From positions 451,922-515,921 of the forward strand of contig CBDDQX010000001.1 of NCBI GenBank assembly GCA_965232885.1: 64,000 nt of DNA. The letters are read 5' to 3'. The position numbers were made by a program, and so were the translations under genes. This DNA is from Dehalococcoidia bacterium. Lineage in GTDB: Bacteria > Chloroflexota > Dehalococcoidia > Lucifugimonadales > UBA3495. Of the stretch, positions 8,953 through 17,968 are shown in pieces. Numbering within the stretch: the stretch's first letter is position 1; each line of letters begins with the position of its first letter. Below the pieces are notes generated by a model. The model worked only from the letters and a program-made list of their open reading frames with translations. It was not told where the DNA came from and searched no databases.

Positions 8953-9047
8953 CGCATCAATACTGGATACCAGAATGCTATACTTCGCCGTGTCCTGAGC
9001 CTGTCGAAGGATTCGCACACTACTCACCACGGCAACCGGAGGGGACG

Positions 9048-9491
9048 TTGGAAACGTCGGACACAACGCGGGCGCTGCTGGCGGCCAAGAAGGCCGCCGG
9101 ACTGAGCTTTGCGGAACTGGGAAAGGTGATTGACCGGGACGAGGTCTGGGTAGCGGCCCTGCTCTACCGCCAGGCCAGCGCGCCGCAGGACGAAGCCCTC
9201 AAGCTGGCGGAAGCACTGGGAGTCGGCCCCGAGCTCGCCGATGAGCTTACGGAGCCACCCGCGAAGGGTCTGGGGCCAGTCGTTCCCACCGACCCTCTCA
9301 TCTACCGCTTCTACGAGATTATGCAGGTCTATGGTATGCCGCTGAAGGACATTATCCACGAGAAGTTCGGCGACGGCATAATGAGCGCCATAGACTTCAC
9401 CATGAACGTGGACAAGGAGGAAGACCCGGAACACGGCGACCGGGTCAAGGTCACCATGTCGGGCAAGTTCCTCCCCTACAAGCGATGGTAG
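9048..9491 (+). CDS. cynS: Cyanate hydratase (cyanase)
   Basis: The protein reads [37 protein letters not shown]...[35 protein letters not shown]...[15 protein letters not shown] chose the TTG start at 9048 because GGAGGGG lies upstream. The longer ORF from 8610 overlaps the DCC gene in an R/P-rich frame. Confidence 0.85.
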   Translation: METSDTTRALLAAKKAAGLSFAELGKVIDRDEVWVAALLYRQASAPQDEALKLAEALGVGPELADELTEPPAKGLGPVVPTDPLIYRFYEIMQVYGMPLKDIIHEKFGDGIMSAIDFTMNVDKEEDPEHGDRVKVTMSGKFLPYKRW

Positions 9492-9510
9492 CGTACAAGC
9501 GATGGTAGCG
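9477..9510 (+). repeat. Perfect 17-bp tandem duplication spanning the cynS stop and the next gene's start
   Basis: TACAAGCGATGGTAGCG occurs at 9477-9493 and again at 9494-9510. Copy 1 holds the cynS ...YKRW stop and copy 2 provides the ATG at 9502. Confidence 0.9.
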
Positions 9511-10650
9511 CCGACCGAAGCGGAACTGCTCAACCGCGCCGCCGACCTCGTGCCAGTCCTCAAGGAGCGGGCCGACCGCACCGAGGAGTTGCGCCGCGTC
9601 CCGGACGAGACGGTCAGCGACGTGCTGGCGACCGGGCTGCACCGCATCGGGGTGCCAAGGAAGTTCGGCGGGCTGGATGTCAACTACGCCCTGGCGCTGG
9701 ACATCGCCGCCGAGCTGGGCCGGGGCTGCCCTTCAACATCGTGGTGCTACGGCCTGTGGGCCGCCCACTCCTGGCTGGTGGGCTACTGGCCCCTACAGGC
9801 GCAACAGGAAGTCTTCGGCGAGAGTCCCGACACCCTCCTGTCCAGTTCCCTGAACCCCGGCAAGTCCACCTGCGAACCTGTCGAAGGCGGCTACCGCCTG
9901 TCGGGGCGGTGGGAGTTCTCCAGCGGATGCGACCACGCGGGCTGGGTCATGCTCGGCGCCCCGAACATCGGAGAGCGCAACTGGGTGCTGGTTCCCCGCG
10001 GCGACTTCAAGATTGTGGATACCTGGTACGTGTCCGGGCTTCGCGGCAGCGGCAGCAAGGACATCGTGACCGAGGACGCCTTCATTCCCTACCACCGAGT
10101 CCTCGACGTGAACACCGCCGGCAACGGCGACTGGACTGGCTGGGAACTGCACGGCCAGTCCCGCTACCGGGTGCCCATCGGCACGCTGCTGGGCTGGGAT
10201 TTGGTCGGGCCGATGGTGGGCATAGCGCAAGGGATGATTGACGAATTCACGGCGCGCCTGATGGGTACCTCCGGCCCCGGCAGAACCGCCGACTCCTCCG
10301 CCGTCCACACTCGCTTGGCCCAGGCCAGCGCGGAAACCGACGCCGCCCTGACGGTGATGCAACAGGACATCCACGAGATCCTGCGAAAAGGCGAAGCGGG
10401 CGAATCCTTCACACTGCTGGAGCGGGCGCGGTTCCGGCGCGACAAGGCGTTTGCAGTCCAACTCTGCCAGCAGGCGGTGAACCGGCTGTTCGACGTCAGC
10501 GGCGGCCACGGCATCTACGATTCGACGCCGCTGCAACGCTTCCACCGCGACGCGCAAGCCGTGGCCCACCGCGACGGCCTAGTGATGGACCTGGGCGGAC
10601 GGGACTACGGGCGAGTAGCCCTGGGGCTGCCGCCGGAGGGGCCGGTTTAG
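9502..10650 (+). CDS. Acyl-CoA dehydrogenase-fold flavin-dependent monooxygenase (HsaA/HpaH-C2-like)
   Basis: The protein includes RVPDETVSDVLATGLHRIGVPRKFGGLDV...GGYRLSGRWEFSSGCDHAGWVMLGA...DTWYVSGLRGSGSKDIVTEDAFIP. Confidence 0.6.
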   Translation: MVAPTEAELLNRAADLVPVLKERADRTEELRRVPDETVSDVLATGLHRIGVPRKFGGLDVNYALALDIAAELGRGCPSTSWCYGLWAAHSWLVGYWPLQAQQEVFGESPDTLLSSSLNPGKSTCEPVEGGYRLSGRWEFSSGCDHAGWVMLGAPNIGERNWVLVPRGDFKIVDTWYVSGLRGSGSKDIVTEDAFIPYHRVLDVNTAGNGDWTGWELHGQSRYRVPIGTLLGWDLVGPMVGIAQGMIDEFTARLMGTSGPGRTADSSAVHTRLAQASAETDAALTVMQQDIHEILRKGEAGESFTLLERARFRRDKAFAVQLCQQAVNRLFDVSGGHGIYDSTPLQRFHRDAQAVAHRDGLVMDLGGRDYGRVALGLPPEGPV

Positions 10651-10695
10651 GGGAAATACAAGGGAATATAGTATGTAGATGATACGGGGGCCAGC

Positions 10696-11847
10696 GTGAA
10701 ACTGCTGGAGCTTAAGGCATCGAAATATCGCAGTCTGCGCGAAGAAACAGTGTCTTTTGGCGACTTGAATGTTTTTATCGGGGCTAACGGGTCGGGGAAA
10801 AGCACTGTCCTAGATGCGCTCCGTTTTCTCCAAGAAGGAATTATCACGCCAAGTTTCAGAGGCCCCGTAGCTGGGCGGGGTGGTCTCTACCATCTTGCTT
10901 GGAAGGGAGATGTCGTCCGAGAGCTGAATTTGGAGGTGACGTTTGCGGACAGTGAATGCCGGTTTATCTGGAAAATAGAATTAGAGCACCAAGCAAGCGA
11001 ATTTTCCGATAGCGATTTCAGCGTGAAGGAACAGGTTTACGAAGTAGTCAAAGACAAACCTCCCGTACGATTGCTGTTCGTGGATGGCGGGCGCGGGTGG
11101 TGGCTCTCGGGGAGTGGACGGAAAATTAGTCTCGATCAGAGAGCCACAGAATGTGGATTGTTCGCAGCGTCTGCTGACGCAACTTTCCGGGGGCGTAAAG
11201 TCCGTGACTTCGTCCAAGGCTGGGGACTGTTCGACCTAAGTCCGCATACTCTTCGAGACAGCGGGACAAGACCCGTTTCGTATGGTGATTCACAATTGCA
11301 TCATTACGGGCGAAATTTCGCTGAGCGACTCTACGCATTACAGAGAGCTTCGCCTCGAACTCTAGAGAAAATAGTTAAGGCTACCAAATCTGTCTTGGGC
11401 GTTCCCGACGGCTTGGAAGCCATAGAAGTTGACGGCCGGTATTACTTGCTACTGCAAGAGCGTGGTCTTATTTCGCCAGTGCCACATCATTCAGCATCCA
11501 GTGGCACAGTTCAAGTGCTAGCGCTGATGACGGCACTGTTTGAGGAACCGGCCAGAGGCATCGTCGCCATTGAGGAGCCGGAAAACAACATACACCCGGC
11601 CGCATTGGGGGACTTTATCGGGTACTTAATCGAGGCCAGCAATAAAATCCAAATTATTGTGACCACTCACTCTCCTATTCTGCTGGACTTCTTGGAAGAC
11701 CCCGCCTCAGTGAGTGTCGTGCGACGGGACGACATTAAAGGCACCAAAATAATTCGGGAGAGCAACCCGGAAGGGGTTAAAGCGGCCCTTGAAGAGTCCG
11801 GGTTCAGCTTGGGAGAATACCATCAGACACGGGGATTCGGGGATTAG
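10696..11847 (+). CDS. ABC/SMC-type AAA ATPase (AAA_21/AAA_15-like)
   Basis: The Walker A motif is FIGANGSGKST. A signature-like SASSGTVQ is present, the Walker B motif is IVAIEEPENNIHP, and the H-loop is VTTHSP. The start is GTG. GC is low: I counted 27/60 in the line at 10801. Confidence 0.8.
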   Translation: MKLLELKASKYRSLREETVSFGDLNVFIGANGSGKSTVLDALRFLQEGIITPSFRGPVAGRGGLYHLAWKGDVVRELNLEVTFADSECRFIWKIELEHQASEFSDSDFSVKEQVYEVVKDKPPVRLLFVDGGRGWWLSGSGRKISLDQRATECGLFAASADATFRGRKVRDFVQGWGLFDLSPHTLRDSGTRPVSYGDSQLHHYGRNFAERLYALQRASPRTLEKIVKATKSVLGVPDGLEAIEVDGRYYLLLQERGLISPVPHHSASSGTVQVLALMTALFEEPARGIVAIEEPENNIHPAALGDFIGYLIEASNKIQIIVTTHSPILLDFLEDPASVSVVRRDDIKGTKIIRESNPEGVKAALEESGFSLGEYHQTRGFGD

Positions 11848-11853
11848 CACACC

Positions 11854-12432
11854 ATGCCCAAGCAAGTCGTCGTGATCGCTTCTGGTCCCACTGAGAGAGC
11901 TGCGCTCCCCTTCCTTGCCGAACATCTGCGGGAAGAGAACATTTCGATCAACGTGCAGATTCCACCGAAGCACGGCAAACTTACAGTCGATGTAGCCACA
12001 AGCATTTTGAAGGCCGCTTGGTACAGACCGCTAGACAATCTGCCACCGGACAAGTTCGTGATTCTGGTAGACGTTGACGGTAAGCAACCCGATGAAGTAA
12101 TGGAACCCTTCCGCCAGAATATAGCAAGCAGGCTGGAACCTCAAATCACGGCATCTTTGCAATTCGCCTACGCCCAATGGCACTTGGAGGCATGGTTTTT
12201 CGGAGATTCCGACGGCTTAAGGGCCTACTTAGGGCTAGACTTGGGCAGTGTCGATCCCTCCAACCCGGACTCCATAGAAAATCCCAAGCAGCATCTCAGA
12301 AGCTTGTTGGATGACAACTACACTCGTCTCACTGCCGAAGCCATTGCCCGCCAATTGAACCCGCAAACCATTGCTGGCCGTAGCCCAAGTTTTCGCGGTT
12401 TCATAGAGGCAGTGAGGAACGGAGACGGCTGA
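11854..12432 (+). CDS. DUF4276-like protein (TOPRIM-like acidic motifs)
   Basis: The gene starts 7 nt after the ATPase stop. Motifs are VVVIASGPTERAALPFL, FVILVDVDGK and AYAQWHLEAWFFGD, which match my recollection of DUF4276 conserved blocks. Confidence 0.6.
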   Translation: MPKQVVVIASGPTERAALPFLAEHLREENISINVQIPPKHGKLTVDVATSILKAAWYRPLDNLPPDKFVILVDVDGKQPDEVMEPFRQNIASRLEPQITASLQFAYAQWHLEAWFFGDSDGLRAYLGLDLGSVDPSNPDSIENPKQHLRSLLDDNYTRLTAEAIARQLNPQTIAGRSPSFRGFIEAVRNGDG

Positions 12433-12440
12433 ACCATGCA

Positions 12441-13913
12441 TCACCGCGGCGGCCTGCCGAAGGCGGCTGCCACGGCGCCGGCCACAGCCACAGCGGCGCC
12501 TATCATGAACACGTCCCGGTAGGCCAGGACGAAGGCCATACCCTCTGCGCTTGCGGTTCCGGCCAGCGTCGCCAGATGATGGTCGCTTCGCATAGCAAAG
12601 ATTCCGCCCACGATGGACACCGCCGTCACCGATCCCAATGCCTGGGTGAGCGACAGCATCGCGCCCGCCGTGCCGAACCGCGCAGGTTCGACGCTGCGCA
12701 TGACTAGCGCATAGGCCGCCGCCTGGAAGGTTCCCAGCCCGATGCCCACTATGCAGGCCCTCAACAGCACCTGGGTCAAGGCAGACTCCTCGTTCAGCAG
12801 AGCCATCCACGCCAGACCCACTGCCATCACAACCATCCCCGCCACGCCGACGGGCTGCGTTCCGATTCGGTCGGTGAGCCAGCCGCCCAGTAGGGAGAAC
12901 ACCGTCGCCAGCAGGGAGGAGGCAGCCAGCAATCCACCCAGGACTACCGGCCCTCTGCCCAGCGTATCGGCCACATAGAAGGGAAAGATGAACCAGACCA
13001 CGAAGGCCCCAAAGAAGGCCAGGTACATACCGGCGCTGGAAATCACGAAGCCGAGGTTCCGGAACAAAGTCAGAGGCAGCACGGGCCACGCGGCTCTTCG
13101 CTCGATGCTCCAGAACAGCGCGAACAGCGTCGGCGTGAGCGCCAGCAGCGTCAGCACAGGCCACGAGTTCCAGCCCAGGTCCCGGCCCAACCGCAGCCCG
13201 ATGATGAGGCAGATCAACCCGCCGGCCAGCGTGAGCACCCCGGTCAGGTCAAAGGCGGGGCCTTGCGTCCGCTCCGCTCCGGCGGGGCCTGACGACAATG
13301 GAGGGTCACGGTCAAGGAAGAACCACGCTAGGAGCAGGGCCGCCACCATGAAGGGCACTCTCCCCCAGAATACCCACTCCCAATCCTGGCCGAACCAGCC
13401 GGCCCCCACCAGCAGCCCTGCGCCGATGGTGCCGCCAACCATCCCCATGGCCAGACTGCCGGCAGTGAAGCCCATGCTAAGTCCGCGACGGTGGGCCGGA
13501 AACAGGTTGGCGGATATGGCCGGGCCCACCGCGTACATACAGGCCGTGCCGATGCCGTGCAGCACCCGGAACCCCACTACCGTCGCGAGGTCTGGGGACA
13601 GGGCGATGCAGAACATGGAGACGAGGTAGGCCAATCCGCCCCAGAGGTAAACGCGGCGCAGGCCGAAGCGGTCGGCAAAGCTCCCTGCCCCCAGCACCAG
13701 GCTGGCCCGGATGCCCATGAACACCACCAGCGCCCACTGTACGCTTTGGAGGTCGGCATCAAGATCAGCGGCCAGCTCCGGCAAGGCCACGTTGACCGAG
13801 AAGTCGAGGGAGGCAAGAAACATCGCCAGCGCAGAGGTGGCGCCGATGAGGACGTCACGCCAGCGCCCGCCACTCGCAATCGGGCCGCTGGCCGCGGCGC
13901 TAACGGCGCTCAA
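12441..13913 (-). CDS. MFS transporter (DHA2-like, ~14 TMS)
   Basis: The 490-aa protein is hydrophobic throughout. It includes SLDFSVNVALPELAADL...GSFADRFGLRRVYLWGG...VLHGIGTACMY. Confidence 0.8.
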   Translation of the reverse strand: MSAVSAAASGPIASGGRWRDVLIGATSALAMFLASLDFSVNVALPELAADLDADLQSVQWALVVFMGIRASLVLGAGSFADRFGLRRVYLWGGLAYLVSMFCIALSPDLATVVGFRVLHGIGTACMYAVGPAISANLFPAHRRGLSMGFTAGSLAMGMVGGTIGAGLLVGAGWFGQDWEWVFWGRVPFMVAALLLAWFFLDRDPPLSSGPAGAERTQGPAFDLTGVLTLAGGLICLIIGLRLGRDLGWNSWPVLTLLALTPTLFALFWSIERRAAWPVLPLTLFRNLGFVISSAGMYLAFFGAFVVWFIFPFYVADTLGRGPVVLGGLLAASSLLATVFSLLGGWLTDRIGTQPVGVAGMVVMAVGLAWMALLNEESALTQVLLRACIVGIGLGTFQAAAYALVMRSVEPARFGTAGAMLSLTQALGSVTAVSIVGGIFAMRSDHHLATLAGTASAEGMAFVLAYRDVFMIGAAVAVAGAVAAAFGRPPR

Positions 13914-14091
13914 GGCGGCAGCTCGCGGGGCGGACGTGGCCGGTGGGGGAACAATCGCGCGAATCCATCATCGGGGGATTCTACGCTATGGGGCAAGGGT
14001 TGAGGGGTAGGGAGGGCCGTAAGTAGCGGAGAATGGGCGGAAGTCTGCGGGTGGTAGAATGCGTTGGGCTATGAATTCTTCGTGGCTAGTC

Positions 14092-14157
14092 CGAGAAAAA
14101 CCAATGCCCAGGCGTCTTCACCGGCACAAGGCCGGGAGAGGAGCGACCGGGGCTTAC
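14092..14157 (+). repeat. Hairpin-forming direct repeat, copy 1
   Basis: The sequence is CGAGAAAAACCAATGCCCAGGCGTCTTCACCGGCACAAGGCCGGGAGAGGAGCGACCGGGGCTTAC. The inner stem pairs CCGGC with GCCGG. The outer stem pairs CCCAGG with CCGGGG, with one mismatch. Confidence 0.7.
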
Positions 14158-14205
14158 TGGTCCCGTTTTGGCCCAAGCCGCGGCCGTTGTTGACGTGACC
14201 GGATG

Positions 14206-14270
14206 CGAGAAAAGCAGTACCCCGGCGTCTTCACCGGCTCAAGGCCGGGATAGGACGACCCGGGGCTTAC
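14206..14270 (+). repeat. Hairpin-forming direct repeat, copy 2
   Basis: The sequence is CGAGAAAAGCAGTACCCCGGCGTCTTCACCGGCTCAAGGCCGGGATAGGACGACCCGGGGCTTAC. The outer stem is now perfect (CCCCGG with CCGGGG). AAAAGGAGG and the Abi_2 start follow immediately. Confidence 0.7.
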
Positions 14271-14296
14271 AAAAGGAGGCTATCACAAGGCGGCGT

Positions 14297-15025
14297 ATGA
14301 GTCAAGTCGAATTCTACAGCGAACTGCGACAGGCGACCTCCCGAAGTCGGCTGATGCGTTACTACACCCTAAGAGCCGGAACAGACGACCTTGAAGCCTT
14401 CAGCTTGTACTCGTGGAACATGTCGCTGTGCGAAAGCCTATATCCTGCCCTTCAGGGGGTTGACATAACTCTTCGAAACAGCATCCACCAAGCTGCCTCT
14501 GCGACATTTAGGGATGAATTCTGGTTTCGGAACCGGCTCTTGACACGCGAACAGGGACCATTTTGCAGCTTGATTCCTCTTTCGGGCCATCGGCTAATCG
14601 AGTCGAGTCGGACAGATATGTTTCGGAGTGTTCATTAGGGTTTTGGGTAGGACTGTTCAGAGGAGAATACGAACAAATACTCTGGACTCGGTTACTTCCG
14701 GCAGTCTTTCCTCATGCGCCACGAAGGTTTCGTAGCAGGAGCGAATTATACGCTCGCCTGGACCACATCCGCCGGCTGCGCAACCGGGTCTTCCACCATG
14801 AGCCCGTCTGGCATCTTCCCGGCCTGCCGGAGCAGCACCGGCTCATCCTCGAGACCATCGGCTGGATTAGCCCGGCGATGCTGGCGATGACACGACTGCT
14901 AGACCGGTTCCCCAGCGTTTATACTAGGGGCGCACAGCCTTATGCGACAGAACCTCGATTCCGTGGCGCAGAATTGGAGCGAGTAAAGATTACGACAAGT
15001 CAGCTATCAAACCAGGAGGGTAGTG

Positions 15026-15051
<26 letters not shown>
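14297..15051 (+). pseudogene. Abi_2 (AbiD/AbiF-like, HEPN-type) gene with one frameshift
   Basis: Frame 2 reads MSQVEFY..SRSRLMRYYTL...EAFSLYSWNMSLCESLYPALQGVDITLRNSIHQ. Frame 1 from about 14563 reads ...VSECSLGFWVGLF...LDHIRRLRNRVFHHEPVW, which carries an R-x4-H HEPN-like motif. The switch lies at or near the TTTT run around 14555-14565. Confidence 0.7.
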
Positions 15052-17011
<1,960 letters not shown>

Positions 17012-17029
17012 GCGGGCCAGACAGTGAAG

Positions 17030-17057
17030 ATAGGGGCGCATAGCTGTGCGCCCCTAT
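17030..17057 (+). terminator. Stem-loop downstream of acs
   Basis: ATAGGGGCGCA pairs with TGCGCCCCTAT across a 6-nt loop. There is no clear U-tract, so intrinsic-terminator status is uncertain. Confidence 0.4.
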
Positions 17058-17103
17058 CCTCTATAATGAACTAACGGAGCGGATTCAACGGAGGTTTTCG
17101 CTG

Positions 17104-17514
17104 ATGACAACTGCCCCCGCGCCCGACCCGGAGGCCGCGCAGAACCACATCTTCCACTGCCGCCAGTATATGGACAACGCGCTGGAGGCTCTGCAAAAGA
17201 ATGAACCCGGCAAGGCCGGTGAAATGTTGTGGGGCAGCTTTGCTCAGGCAGTTCACGCCGTTGATGCTTGGCGCGGCCCGGTAATTGATGATCATCGCAG
17301 CCTGATGAACTTCGCCGCAAGACTCCGTCAGGAAATTGATAGTGATATATTCACTATGGGTCTGGGTACGGCTCGGGGCCTGCATTATAACTTCTACGTT
17401 CCGGTGGAAATCAAGGAGGAGGTAGAAGTTCTGGTACCGGGGCTCCAGCAAGCCATTTCCCTCGTGTTGGGCCTGCTGCCCGAAGAAGTCCGCAACGGCG
17501 CCGACACAAGGTAA
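17104..17514 (+). CDS. PaREP1-like helical protein, paralog 1
   Basis: Shared blocks are HxxxxRQYxDNAxEALxKxExxKAGExLWGS..QAVHA and GLHYNFY. The pattern is the same in 17531..17935 and 59800..60321. Confidence 0.5.
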   Translation: MTTAPAPDPEAAQNHIFHCRQYMDNALEALQKNEPGKAGEMLWGSFAQAVHAVDAWRGPVIDDHRSLMNFAARLRQEIDSDIFTMGLGTARGLHYNFYVPVEIKEEVEVLVPGLQQAISLVLGLLPEEVRNGADTR

Positions 17515-17530
17515 AGGGAAAACACAAACC

Positions 17531-17935
17531 ATGACACTTACACCGGAAACTGGTGCCAAAGCCCGCAGGCATCTGGAGCATTCCAGGCAGTATTTCGATA
17601 ACTGCCGGGAGGCGCTGGATAAGGACGAAGTCTCGAAAGCGGGGGAACTGCTGTGGGGCAGTGTAACCCAGGTCTTCCACGCCCTGGCAACGGTTCGTGG
17701 TGTTGATGTCCAGAGGCATCGGCGCCTGAAAAACTTTGCAATTCAAGTATCTAACGAGACCGAAGACCCTGAAAAGACCATGGGGGGATTCCTGTCTGCT
17801 GAGATCCTTCACAAGGGATTCTATGATGTCGACGTCGAGCGCGTTGACCTGGAGGCTGGCATCCCAATAGTCCGGTATACAATGGATACCGTGAGCAAGC
17901 TGATTCCAAATGATGTGAAAAATCCGGAAGGTTGA
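17531..17935 (+). CDS. PaREP1-like helical protein, paralog 2
   Basis: The protein reads RRHLEHSRQYFDNCREALDKDEVSKAGELLWGSVTQVFHALA...ILHKGFYD. It lies in tandem 16 nt after paralog 1. Confidence 0.5.
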   Translation: MTLTPETGAKARRHLEHSRQYFDNCREALDKDEVSKAGELLWGSVTQVFHALATVRGVDVQRHRRLKNFAIQVSNETEDPEKTMGGFLSAEILHKGFYDVDVERVDLEAGIPIVRYTMDTVSKLIPNDVKNPEG

Positions 17936-17968
17936 GCGGAATATCCATTACAACTGTGGGGGCAACTT

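Noticed and set aside
8610-9047. N-terminal 146 codons of the 293-aa ORF that ends as cyanase
   Set aside because: This part is R/P-rich and overlaps the DCC-family gene in another frame. The cyanase homology begins only near 9048, where TTG plus an SD sequence is available.
12235-13164. 309-aa minus-strand ORF and several plus-strand ORFs within 12441-13913
   Set aside because: They are alternative frames of the MFS transporter gene. Only the 490-aa frame shows TM-helix periodicity and MFS motifs.
14092-14270. Known small riboswitch (guanidine-III, NAD+-I tandem domains, mini-ykkC) for the hairpin repeats
   Set aside because: The loop and internal-loop sequences do not match the conserved nucleotides I recall for those classes, and the downstream gene is not a metabolic or transporter gene. 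The possibility is kept open only as an Rfam check.
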